Below, piece by piece: positions 1 to 12,900 of a stretch of DNA of 64,000 nt. The notes under the pieces were generated by a model. It was not told the origin of the DNA, searched no databases, and was given only the letters and a program-made list of their open reading frames with translations. This DNA is from Raillietiella orientalis (taxonomy: Eukaryota). The stretch is taken from assembly GCA_036172245.1 (NCBI GenBank), contig JAYWIR010000055.1, positions 372,001-436,000 on the forward strand. Direction: 5' to 3'. Within the stretch, counting starts at the first letter, position 1. Each line of letters opens with the position of its first letter. Both the position numbers and the translations under genes were made by a program.

Positions 1-3000
1 AGGAAACGGCCGTCGCGACTGGGAGGCGCGCCGCCGCGAGGGGCCGCCAGTGCCGCTCCCGAGGGAGCTCCGGATCGGCCCTGGAGCTGTGCGCTGTGCG
101 GTCCGGCCGGGACTCCGTCCTCTCCACCCTTCTCTCCCGAACGTGCGCGCCGTTAGAGCTGGGGGCCGGATCGGGCTGTTTCTTGGCACCGAGTAGAAAC
201 ATGCCGGTGGGTGGAGAGCGGCAGGGAAGGGCGGCCGCAACTGCTCCAGGCTAGCCCCCGCCTCGCTCCGCGCTTCCTTGGGGATCCTCAGCCAGCCCTC
301 GGGCACACACGGCGGTTCTCTCTGGGAGCAGCGCTTCCGAGCCAGTCTGGAGGTCACGCGCCCCGTCCGCGCCCACGGAGCCGGACGCCGTCAACGCGTC
401 CGGCTCCGTTCCTCTCCCTTTCCCTTTTTCTCTCAAGGAGCGCGAAAGCCACCTGGGAAGGGCGACGGCAGGAAGGGATGGGGGGTTGCCAGAGTGACGG
501 CAGGAATCGGGCCGGAAGGGTCCCGGGCTCCCTGGGCCGCGAGGGGGACTCCGACGGGTCGGCGCCGCCGTGGATGCGGGCGGGCCCTCAGCTGGCCACG
601 GAGGCGTCGTCGCGTCTCGCTCCCTGGTCCACCGCGCCGGAGGCTGTTCTGTCGGGTGACACGTGGAAGAGGAGCCTCTTCCCGGAAAGGGTGGTCCCGA
701 AAAGGGGTCTCTTCGCGTAGAGCCCCCTCTTGAGGGGCGGGTGCAGACCCTTCGAGGGGTGACGCGAGCAGTCCACGACCCCAGAGGCTCCCGCGTTTGT
801 TCCCTCCGCGCGTCGGGAGGCTATCCAGGAAGAAAGGGTCGCCTTCTTCAGCTTCCAGGGGCCACTCACGTGCACTCGCTTCCTGCCGAGGGGGCTCCTC
901 CGTTCGAGAGGGTCCCCACGCGCCCGGCCCCTCTGCGAGTCGTCGCAGTGGAGGGGGGACAGAGGAGGAGTCATCGCATCGCCTCCGGGCATTCACCCAG
1001 AGGGTTCCTGGGTTTGCCGGCACCCTCCGCTGGTGGTCCGACGGGACGGCCTCGCGGAGCAAAAGGGCCGTCCGTGCCTCGTGCTGTTGTCCTATCCGGC
1101 CCTCCGGGCGGCTTCCTCCGGCGTCCCGCGGTGGTGGCGCGCGTGCGCGCCCGCCGGAGAGGGAGGGGTGCTGGGAGGCGGGGGAGGCCCGCGCCTTGGT
1201 CCAGAGCCAACGCGCGAGCGTCTCCATCCCAGCCTCCTGACAATCCCATGAAGAGTTGTTAGCCGATGATGAATCGCTTGCTGCTCCTCCGCCCATCGGG
1301 CGCATCATCTTCCCTGGCGCGGCGGGCGTCTATTTTCGGATGGCAGGGTCGGGTCGGGGCGCGGCAGCTCCACCGCGCGGGAGCCATTCCGGAAAACGAA
1401 CGCATCCCGAACGCCTCCTCCTCCCCCGCCTCGCTTTTAACGCGCCATAATTAATCCGGATGCTGGGGAGCACGGGTTGACGACGACGCTCCAGCCAATC
1501 AGCGAGCAGCACGTGCGATGCGGGTGCTCGCGAGCAGACAAAGCGGCCGCCGCAGCCAGGCGTGCGCCCGGTGCGCCTCGTCGCCCGGTGAGTCCCTTCC
1601 CCTTTCTCTCCCTCCCTCGTGCACGTGCAAGCTCTCCGCTCGGACCCGCCGCGCCCACAGCTCCCCCGGGTGCGGGTCAAAGCACCCCGCGGCTCACCAC
1701 CACCCAACCCCCAGCTCCCGCAAAAGGAAAGGAGGCAGTGCCCCTGCCGCCGTTCCGGCCGTGGGGTCATCGGCTGGCAAACCCCGTCCACGCCCTCCCC
1801 GATGCAGCCACTCCCGCGGGACTGCCGTCGGCAGGAGGGAGGGGAAGAAGGAAGGAAGGTACTGCGTAGGTGGGAGCCTGGACGCTGCGCAGAGTGCGGG
1901 CACGCCTCGAGGCAGAGTCGCAGCTTCGCGCCCTTGGCGCCCTTCCTCCTCCCTTCCTCTTGCTCGAGGCATGCGGACCCCTCCGTTCCTACGAGCTGAC
2001 CTGGATGGGGAGGGCGCGCTCCGTTCCTTTCGCCTCCGCGTGGGAGCCGTCGATGCGTGTTTCCCGGTGGCTCCCGGTCGGCCTCCCTCCCCCCCCCCCC
2101 CTATCCCCATTCTCCCGTGGTTTAGGATGCTGGCAGCCTAGCCCGGAGGGCGACCCCAACCGCCCCGGAGTTGCGGGAGCCGCCGGCTTGCCCGTGGGCG
2201 CAGCTTGGAGCTCGGGGTGTGTCCTCTCCGGGAGTTCACCTTCCCCGCCCCTCCTTTGCTTACGTCTCCCGCTCGCTCCCGCGCTCCCTCCCTGCACGGG
2301 CCAGCGGACGCCGCCGCGCTCCAGGATGGTTCCCCTCTCCTCCCCCCTTCCCGGAGATCGGAAAACCTGCGGGAGATTCCGGATGCGCGGATGGGAGGGA
2401 AGGAGCGCGCGCGACCGCATAAATCCCGGACGCGGCGGTTCCTGAGGGGGGGGGGGACGCGTCCATCCATCATGAGAAACCCAAATTTGGGGGGCTCCTC
2501 CTCCCTCCCTCCCTTTCTCCGTTGGCTTGTTCTGCCCGGGAATGCGCGCCGAAGCGACTCGCTCGCCGCCGCCCCTGGCCCCTTCGCCTGGCAATGCCCG
2601 CCCGCCTCGCGCCCCGCGTGTCGGCGTCGCTCAGCAACCGAGGTGAGGCGCCCCTCCTCCTCCACCGCCAGCCAGTCCGGCAGGAGCTCTCCCTCACGGT
2701 CATCCCGAAGTGCCCCCGGAGGCTGCTTCGGGAACGGGTGGGCGCGTCTCTCTCCACCTGACCCTCCGCGGCGCTCTCCACCTCCTCAGGCGATCGTCCC
2801 CTTTCCCGCTGCCCGAGTTCGCCCCGGCGCGGGGGACTCCCTTCCGTAGGCTACCTGGGGCCGTCGCCCCTCGCGCGCCTCTTAGAGCGGAGCGACTTCC
2901 GGACGCGGCCACCCGTGGGCGCGGGAGGGCACGCGCCAGCACAGAGCGGCGGGAAGACGCAGCCGTCCCCCGGGGCGGGCGGGTCATACTCGCTGTTTTT

Positions 3001-4549
3001 GCGGAAAACGGCGGCGTGAGGGAGGTCGCCAAATTTCGTCAGAGCGGCGCGGCGGACGGGCGGCGCGCTGCTCGCGCGTGCGAGTTCAAAACGCGGCGGG
3101 GAGGATCGCCGCGCGGGCAACGGCAGGTAGGAATTCCCGCTCCTTTCCCTGTCCCCTTCCCTGCCCGCTCGCTCGGCCCGTCCACAGCCTCGCGCCCACC
3201 CTTGCCCGGCCCGCGGGCCCCCGGAGAGGAACGTGTGGGGGTACGGTGGGGCCAGGAGCCGCGCGGCTTCCGGCTTGGCGGTCGCCTCGAGGCCCTGCGC
3301 GCGCCCGGTTCCGCCCTCTGCCGCCGCCGCATCCGTTCGGAGCGGCGCTTTGTCTGCGGTTGCCATGCGCACGCCGGTCCGCCGCGCGGCTTCCGAGGCG
3401 GGGGAGACGGGCAGAGGGCGCCGCCGCCGCTCGAGTCCCGCACCTTTCGCGCCCGCGGCCCAGGGGAGTGGCGGCGGCGGCGGCTCCGCCTGCGCTCCTC
3501 GCGCGTCCCTCGTCCAGGAACACTGGTGGTCTTCCCGGCGGCGACGCTCCCCCGCGCCCTCGGCGGCCCAGAGGTTTCCTCTCGGCCGCCTCGTGCGCCA
3601 ACCTCCTCCGCCCGCGTCAACCCCTTTTGCTTCCCCCACGCGAGGGGGAGGGGGAGGAACGCCAGTCCGGGAACGGAAATTTCCCTCCTCCCCCTTCCCA
3701 CAGCCCTGCCGACAGCCAGCGTCCCTGAGGAGCGCGTGCGTTTAAGCATCCCGGAGGAACGGCGGCAGACTCACGCAGGAAAAAAAAAACCTCAAAAAAA
3801 AGGAAAAAGAGGAGGAAAGGGAGGGGGGGGAGAAGGAAGAAGGAGGGAAGGGAAGGGAAGGGAAGAAAATCCAGGCGATAAAAATCCGGCTTTTCGCTCT
3901 CCCTTCCTCGGGATTCCCGGTCCGCGCGGAAGGGGGAATCGGAGGGGATACCTGCGGCGCTCGCGCCATCTTTCACGCCCGCCGATAAACGCCGCTTGCG
4001 TTTTATTGGCTGTGGGGGGATCCAGCGCGAAACGCATCGCCCCTGGCAACGGGTGTCGACCTTCCCGGGTCCGGCCCTCCGTCGCTGCCGGCTCTCTGCT
4101 TCCACTTCGCCCTCCTCCGTGTGACGGCTCCTATGACCTACTCGTTCGCGGTCTCCTTCCTGCGAGCCCGCTGGGGTCGCCCTCGACCCTCCTGCAGCGG
4201 CAGAAGACAGCATGGAACTTCCTCTCTCCCCTCCCCCCCCCCCTTTCCGAGCCTCCGGACGCTTCCGGCCTGCAGGTTGCGAGGGGAAGGCGGCGGGACG
4301 TTCGGCCCCGCGGGCATCTTTCCTGCCAGCCAGCCGGCGGACTCTGCGTGCTCACCCGGAAGGGCGCCCGGAGAGAGAGAGAGAGAGGGGGGGGGGTTCC
4401 GAGGTCAGCGACAGTCTTCGCTACCCGGGAAGCCGTCGCGGAGGACGTCCTCCGCAGTCTCTCGCCCCGAAGGCGCCTTCCGGGTCAGTTCCGGCGACCT
4501 CGCGCGCCTCCCCCTTGGCAAAGGTCGTGGTAGACGTGCTCCCCACCCC

Positions 4550-5330
4550 TTCGACCGAGTCGCAGCTTCCCCGGAGCGCCATCGGTCGCCCTCCTGGAAG
4601 GCCCACGAGTCCAGCGGTGATCCTCGGGCGAGGTAGCCTGGACGTCATCTCCTTCCCTACTCCCCATCTCTACCTTCGGCTCACTTCGGAAGCGGCCGCT
4701 CTTGCAGTCAGCGGATGGCGGAAACGGTCACTCGTGACCACCACTTGGCTCTCGCAGGTGCGACGGCGCCAGCACAGCGTGCTGGGGAGTCCTCAGAGGC
4801 GACCCTCCGGGGGTCAAGGCCGAAAATTCCTCCGGGATGGGTGCAATCGGGCAGCAAGAGAGCCAACGGACGTTTCTCACGAGCCGAGGGGGGTGGGTGG
4901 GGTGGTGCGAGGGTGTCAGCAACGCCGACGCCTTCGCTGCCTTCGTCGTCAGATGCAGGGGCGCCGCTCTCCTTCCTTCGCCAGCTGGTGGCGGCCCCCG
5001 GTGGCGGCTCTTCTCAGGCGTCCTCCAGAGGTAGCGACCAGTGGGCACGCGGTTCGGGCTCAGGCACTCGGTTTCGCTGGGGGCTTGCGGTGGCGTGGGC
5101 GGATGCTTCTTCGGCGGCCCTTCACGAAGCCCGAAAGCGCCCTCCCGCAAGCCGAGTCAGCACGCGGACGTTGGAATGAAAACGCGGAGGCGCATTGCTA
5201 TTTGCCGGTCGTACGGTGGCTCTTTGCTCCTCGTCCTCTTGGCCTTGGCGCCTTCCCGCCTCCGGCGCACTGCAGCGGTCTTCCCCCATCTCGAGGTGGT
5301 TGGTCGCGTCCTCACCCGCAGCGAGGCGCG
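4550..5330 (+). mobile_element. Possible very old RT remnant of a non-LTR retrotransposon
   Basis: Faint ordered motif echoes (SLDVISF..HLYL; GQG...AAREP; NADAFAAFV) in a locally less repetitive segment. Confidence 0.25.
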
Positions 5331-5900
5331 GGGATGCGCGCGTGCGCGCCGCGTCCGTCCGACCGACGGCGGCGGGCACGCCGCGCGCGCAGTCGGCCCC
5401 GGGGGCAGCGCCTCGTCGCAGCCGCTCTTGGCTGCAGCACTCCGGTGTCGGGGGGTGGACGGCGGCGCCTTCTCCTCTTTGTTCTCTCGGTCCAGCCCAG
5501 AGGGATGGCTCCCGCGCCAACCTCGTGGCAGACTCCGTCGGAAGGCGGGTTGTCTGGACCACCGCGCTTCACACCGCCGCGCCGCTTCGAATATCCTCGG
5601 GGACTTCCCGGAAGGACGGCGGGAACCTGCCGCGTGTCCTCCCCAGGAAGGGGAGGGGTGTGCCCTTTCATGCTGTGCAGCGCCGCCCCCCTGGCTGCGG
5701 CCCGTCTGCCCGGGGTCTGAAGCAGATTCCCTGAGGCTCCGGAAAACCGTGGTTGGTTGCTCTTCCTCCTCCCCCTTCTCGACGGAGACGCCCCGAGCAG
5801 CAGTCGGGGCGGCCGCGACGGTGGCGCCGGGACGCAGGAGCGGCGCCGCGCCGACCCGATGCCCAAGCAGCGCGGCCTCTTTTCCCAGCGGTCGTGGGGG

Positions 5901-5918
5901 CGCGCGCGCGCGCGCGCG
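5901..5918. repeat. (CG)9 alternating tract (Z-DNA-prone)
   Basis: Perfect (CG)9 seen directly. Confidence 0.85.
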
Positions 5919-8900
5919 ATTCGACGGCGCGGACTGAGCAGCCCCGTGACGTCACCGCGTCTCCGCTTTTGTCCGTGCGCGGCGGAATCGATTCGTCCGG
6001 AAGTCCTCCGCCGCTCCCTCCCTGGAGGGGGCTCCCCACGGGAGGAGGCAAGGGAGAGGAGGGACAGCTGGGCATCCCAGTCCCGCCGCCGAGGGGGCAG
6101 AGGCGGAAGGCCACTCTTTACCTTCAACTGGATACGCCGGTGCCAGGGAGGCTCGGCACCGAGCGATCTCCTCGCTCTTCCTCCACGGCGTGGTTGCGCT
6201 GCCTCTCGCTAGAGTGCACTGTCCGGGGGCGCGTTTCGTTTCGGGCACGCACCGCCAGAGCGCCTTTCCCCGGCAAGCAGTCATCGCGCTGACGGGGAAG
6301 AAGTCCCGCTCGCATCCCGCTTTCGAAAATAAAGAATTCCCCCTCCAATAAATCTTGCCTGAAGGGCAGATGACAAATGGACGTGACCTGCGCCAGAAAG
6401 ATCCGATGTTTTTCCTGACGTGTCCATTTTTCAATTAAATAACTCCCAAAATTGGTACATCAGCTGCTCTCCATATCTTGAAATATGGATCCGTTTACCC
6501 ATCCCAGGATAGAGACGAACGGAAGCCGACTGGCGGAGAGGGAAGAGGAAGAAAAATGCACCCTCCCCTCCCGCCCGCTCCTCCGCCGGCCACCCAGGCG
6601 GGGAGCGCCACCCGGCAGCACACAGCCCTGCCTCGCACGTCACTCCGCCGCCTGCGCCAGACACGCCTGGAGCGCCCGAAGCCGCCAGTGGTGCCGATCT
6701 CGCGGACGACCCGGCTGCACCCGACGGCGGCGGCGCCAAAGCCTGCCCCGTCATCTCCTGGACCCATTTCGCCCCGGGGGGGGGGGGGGGAAGAAGTCGG
6801 GGGCCGCGCCGCGTGGACTCCGCGACGTCCCGTGGCGTGGACCCGCGAGCGGCTCGGCAGCGCCGCGGGGCACCCCGCCGTGCTCCGGGACGCTCCGTCC
6901 TCCGCCATTCTGACGGCCGTGGCGGGGTTCGCGCGGTGGCGCGACCTTGGAGCCCCCCTGGACGCACGCGTGCACGCACCACCGGTCGCCACCGGGACCG
7001 AGGGGTCAATCCCGGACGCGGCGGACTCCCAGGAGGCTGCGCCGCGACCCAGCTCTTCCGTAGGCGTCCGTGGCGGTGGCATGGGCTCCTCGACGCTGTC
7101 TTTCCGGCGCGTGTACAGACGCCGCCCTGACCTCCGCCCCCGAGACGACGCGAACGGTCGCTCCGAGGTCACTGCGTTCCGCAGAACGTCGTGGGGCGTC
7201 CAGAGGCTTCTTGCCGCTGCCCCACCTCCAGCGAGGGGATTAGTGTCCTCCCACTCCACCCGACCCCGTTTCGCGCGTGGGAAGAGCCACGCGCTCCTTC
7301 CTTGGGGATTCTGGGAGGGGGAAGCGAAAGACGTCGGCGGCTGTGGAGGCAGAGCAGCGCTCTCAAAGTCCCCTCCTCTCCCTCGCCCCTGGGAAAATCA
7401 TATGCTGGGGGGAAAACTTTCCTCCTGCGCCATCGGGCCTCGCTCCTGCTGTTTCCCTATTGGTGACGTCATCCTCCTTGTGGAGCGAACGTGCACTCTG
7501 GAGAGGGAATGACAGTTCCACCATTCCCCGACTCGTCCGAAAAGGCTGGCGCAGGTGACTTCTGGGTCGCCTTCGTCTGCTGTCTCTCTTCCTTGCTTGT
7601 CCCCCTTTGCCCGTCGCCTGGGCAACGGAAAAGGAAAGCCGTCTCGCCCAACAGCGGGGGTACCGATCCGTTTCGGGAGTCGCAAGCGGTAAGCTCCCCC
7701 CAGGGGAAGCGTTAGGGGGCGCGTCCCGAAATCGGCGCTCGTCCGTCTACCTGCGGCACTCCTCCGAGTCCGTCCCTTCCCCTCCCCCCTCTCTCCAGGC
7801 CAGGAGCCGCTCGCAGGGAGCCGAAACGCTGCTGCCGTCGGCAGCGATGCACACCCCAGCGCCACGGCGACCACCTCCCGTCCCATGGCGGCGCCGCCGA
7901 GGGCACCCTACCCCCGGAACCCTTCCGGGCGGTGGGACGCTCCTGTGGCTTCCTGGAAGATGTCCCAGCCCCTTGCACTTCTCGGGAACCTCCATAGGAC
8001 ATAGGCGTACGCGCGGAGGTCAAAGGCCGAACGGGACGGAAAGGTCCGATGTCAAACGTCAAATGTCTCCTCCACCTCGAGCCAAAGCGGCGTGCCTGGG
8101 TCTCCACTTGCCCTCCCGCCGCGCTGCGGTGGCGCGGGACTTCTGGAGCTCTCCGGAAAGCGCCAACGGCCTTCCTGCCCGCGCGAACAGTCTCAATCCG
8201 GGCGTGCCCTTCTCTCGGGCCCCTCGCGGCCCCCTCGGTCGCTCCCCTGCGGGGCATTCCGTCCGGGGTTCGAGGCAGCCAACAAATGACCCGCGTCCTC
8301 CTTATCTCTGGACCATAAATCTCCCCTTATCTGAAGCGCCGCTTCGCGTGGGAGCGCTGCCCCGGACGCTGCCTCCAGGGGGCGCGCAGGGTGCCGCCCC
8401 TATCGATTTTCTGCGTTCCTGTTCCGGCGCACCCTCCCGACGCACGAGGCTGCCCGCCGGTGGGCGATGCGCACCGGTGCCATCTCCCACCTCAGCAGGG
8501 CGTGCTCCTGCTCACAGAGGAGGGCCCTAAAGGAAGAGAAGAGACCCGCGGAAGGCGACCCGGCTTGCCGCCTTGGGGGGGGGGGGAATGTCTCTCCACC
8601 GGGGGGAGAGGGGAGGGGTTGGCTGGCGACGTCATCGACCTGCCACCGCAGCCGACGGGCGTGGCGTCTCCGGGCGCGACGAGAGGACGAGGCGCTCCCG
8701 GCGGAGTCGCCCCACCGGCGGTGGCGCGAGGCAGCAACGTGGGTGGGCTCCACCATTGAGCAGCTGACGGGAGAGGGAAGAGGGAGTAAGCCGGCATCTC
8801 GCCATCGAGCAGCTGACGGGGCGCCGGCTTCCTCCCTCCTCCCCTCCATGCGAGTGGATGCGCTTGCAGCCCCACTGCTCGGGAATTCGAGGGGCCCCGC

Positions 8901-9902
8901 TGGGTGCAACTAGCGTCCCTGGTCGCCGCTGCCACCGTAAGGAATGCGACCCTGCCAGATCCGCGCCCATCGCGCGTGCCCCCGCTCCCCAAAGGACGCG
9001 GAGGGCTTCCTTGTTGAGATTCCGACAGGTCTTCCTCCGGGCAGTGTCGGGTCTCGGCGGAGCCACGGTCCGGCGAGGTCGAATGCTGCTACTGCTGCTC
9101 TTCGCAGGGCTGGCACGCCCTTCCTGCGTGGCGAGGGTCCTTACTGCGGATCCTTGTGAGCCAGGGGGTGCTGCCCTTCTCTTTTCGTCTCTCGAAATCG
9201 CGGCGGCGGCAATGGGCCGCTCGCCACCTCCCACCGCCGCCGCGCGCGCCTGCGCGGGACGGGCGAGGCGTCTCCGTCCGGGCGGCTGCCACACGGCAGC
9301 AGCAGCTGCTCCCATCCGACGCCATAAATCAACCGCCCCCCCCCTCCTCCTCTATCCTTCGTCCGAGCGCGCGCTCTTTCAACTCTTTCACAACCCTCGA
9401 GGCGTCGGAGGAAGGCGAGGGGCGGGCGGCGGTTTCCCTCGCCTCCCCATCGCTCGTGGGAGGAAGGAGGACTCTTTCCTCCCCGCCCCTCGCGAGCGCT
9501 CCCTCCCTGCGGCCGGCCTTCCCGGGAGGGAGGAGAAGGGAAGCTCCCGATGCGTCTCCTCGGCAACGCTGCGGGGGCGGGGAGAGCGCTCGCACGCGTC
9601 CGGTGGTGTTCGCCCCACCCCTTTTCGTTCGCCTCTCCGGAGCGCGAGCTCGGTGCCATCCACGCCGCCAGCGGGCGCGCAGGCGCGAGATGGCCTCTCC
9701 CGGGGGCGAACCTTCCTCCTCCCCTGTCCCTGGCGGCGACCGCCGCCGGCTGCTGCCGAGCAGCGGATCGCGCGTGCCGCTCGCTCGGAGGCGCCGCCGC
9801 CGCTGCCGAGTGGGCCGCTCGCGCCGCGCCGCCGGCGGTGCGGGAACTGAGCGTGACGAGACCATTCGGAACGGTTGGGCGATGTAGTGGTTCGGGGCGA
9901 GC

Positions 9903-12900
9903 ATGGTTTCCATGGCCTTCGCCATTCTCAAGGTACGTGGGAGGAGGGAGGGGGCGGGGAAAACGGGGCTCCCCGGCCGCCGGCTGCGGGGGTCCGCACC
10001 GCCGCTTTCCCCAGCTGCTCGCCTTCGCTTCTTCTCGCTTGCTGCTCATCTCCCAGCCGTCACCACCACCTCCACCATCATGGCGACGGTCATCGTCATC
10101 GTCATCACGGTTGTTATTATGTCTGATCGCTCGCTCGCGTTTCCCGTTTTTCGTGCGTTTGTTTGGCTTCGCTTCCAAGCGGAACGCGCGGACCGAGCGG
10201 CGCTGTTTACGCGTTGCCCGTGGCAAACTCCGAAAGGCGAATCGCGGCGTTCCTGCGCGGTCACGTGGCTTTCTGTGGGTCGGATGTGCAGAGCGTTTCG
10301 CACGTGGGAAGTTCGGCGCATCCATCCGCCCACCCCCACGCTAGGGTGCACGTGACGAGGCCGGTCGAGCCGGGACGCTGCCCGACGCCGAGCCATCCGC
10401 CAGCCAGCGGCATTGCCCCCCTTCCCTCCTCCCCTTTGCCCGTTTCCCAGCCCTTTGGCAGGGGAAGGGAACGAAGCAGAAAGAGAGAGAGGGCGTAGTT
10501 GGGGCCGGGGGTCCACCACCCCCGCCCGGCAGACGCGCACAACGAGAGGTCGCACCTCCGCCACCGCCGCGCAGTTCTTCTTCCGCACGTAACCAGGACG
10601 ACGACGCTTTCCGATGCTCCGTTCCGTCCCTTCCCAGTCCCCCTTCCTCCCCTCCCTTTTTCCCCCGCTGAGAGGCGATCCGGCGGGAGAGAACAAAACA
10701 GTTCCGGGCTGGCTACCGGGGGTTACTGGGGGTGGCGGCAGCGGCGCGTTCCCGAGGAAGTGGGACCTCGGGTTCGCGTCGCCGCCGCTCGCGGGTCGGA
10801 GAGCCTGCCGGGGCGCTTCCGCATGGGTGCGCCGGGTGGGCCCTCGGAGCGAAAGGGGGTCTAGCTGTGGCAGCCCACCACCTGCCCTCTGTGACCTGGG
10901 TCTTTACAGGCGGCGCACGCACGGCAAGTCCGGCGCAGCTCCGCCCACGCCAGGCAGAGGGAGGTCTTCTCGCAGGAGCCACTGCCGCCCCGATCCCCTC
11001 GTCGCGCATCCGGAAAACCCGCTGCGGCGCCCGGCAACACGACTGCGATCGGCCGGCAGTCAGCAGCGAACCCACGGGCAAGCCGAATCCCATGTTCCCG
11101 CTTTGCACGTCGCTCCTACCCGGAAGGCGGCTCGGGAAAGGCTTTTGCGGTGCCCCGTCCGTGACCCCTCGGAAATCAGTGGGAAGGAACGCCTGCCCGC
11201 CTCGATTCCGGATCGTCCTCCGCGCCTCATCTAGCGGGGGAGCTTCGAACTAACAGGAGGCTTTGCTTCCCCTCGCTCGTATTTCATTTTTCTTCTTCCC
11301 TTCCCTTCCCTTCCCTTCCTTTCCTTCCTTTCCTTTCCTTTTTTTTTTTTTTTTTTTTGCATATCCCTTAGTTCGCACTCTCGCAGAGTGCACGGGAAGA
11401 GTTCAAGAGCGCTTTTGTGATGAAAGTCTCCTGACATTTAAAGATTGCACCATCCGCAGTCTCCATTTTTCAAATGCTTAAACTGCTGCAGCTACAAAAA
11501 ATTAGGCAGAGTGCGCTCGCGAGCTCGCGAAACCACTAAAAAGAAATTGAAGCCCGAGCTGCTGTCAGCAGCAGAACAAATGAGTTCGTGAATTCCGCGA
11601 AAAGTTTTCCTCCGAGCCTGAAACTCGATCACATCTTCTTCCTCCGGCTTGTCTCCTGCTGCAAGAGAGCAAATCCTCCGTGCGATTAGCGCGGCCGTTC
11701 GTTCCCGCGGACGCGCGCGGGTTATTTCGCCGGGGCGTTCAGAGAGGGGGCGCTCTTCTTCGTCGGGGGGGGGAGAGATACATTTCGCCCGGAGGAGCAA
11801 CGACGCCGCCTCTCCCGATTTCATCCCTTTTATGCAAGCGGCGACGGTACGGGATGCGTGCTCCCCGGGATCCGTTTGTTTGCTCGTTTTTCATCTGGAC
11901 CGCGGCAGAGCGGAGCCGTCAGCTGCTCCCTCCCCCCTCCCCTCATCCCTCCTGGCCGATCGCAGTCGGCTGACATCGGTGGCAGCCGGCAGGCACGGCT
12001 CTCAGCTCCACCGATCGCAGATTCCCGGATCTACTCCTCCCCCTACCTTCCCGCGGTTGCCTCTCTCCCCTACCCCTTCCTCCCGATCTTCCAGGTGTCA
12101 GGATCCCAGGTTCCCGGATGCTTTCGCCCGGGCTTCCTGGGCGTTGCTGCGAGATGTGTCTGTCGGTGCGGTGACCTCTGCGGGGAGGGACAGGGGAAGA
12201 CCCCGGGAGACGACGGCAGGGAATTCCAGGCAGCGCTCTCCCCAGTCGTTTCCTCCCGCCGTCCGGGGACGGGCAGAACGTTCGCCCCTCCCCGCCAAGG
12301 TGGAGCGAGCCCGGCGACAGCGCCAAGCCGCCCCCTGCGGACACGCTCCCTTTCATTCTTCCGCCCGCCCTCGGTCCTCCCTCGCACGCAGGTGAGGCTA
12401 AAAGCGGCCGTTCCCGAGCGGGCGAGCTGTCGTTCGAAGGGCGGCGGCCCGCCGCACGCAGCGCGGGCGCGCGCACCGGCTGGCCAACTGCGCCAAGGGA
12501 GCAGCAGCGAGCGTTTCCAACGTCACGCTGTGCCGAGCTAATTGCGCCGAGGCGGCGCGATTGATGCAGCCGCCCTCCCTCCTCCGCGGTCCCCTCTTCT
12601 GCCCACGGGGCGCTTCGACTTTCCCTTTTTCCTTTCACAGTGGGCTCGCCGGCCCCGCGCGCCGCCGCCGCCGCCGCGCTTTGATGCCGTCCGTGGCCGC
12701 CTCGCTGGACCTGCCGCCGCCGCCGCCGCCGCCGCCAACCGTTGCCGCGGGAATCCCGCGCGTGCGCGACCCGTCCACGCCCCCTCGCTCGCCCGATTCC
12801 TCGGCGAGCCCCCTGACCCTCGACCTCAGTGCCAGAGTGCAGCAGCACGGGTCGGGCAGTCGCCAGGGACGCGGGGGTCAAGAAGCGAGCAGCAGCAGCA

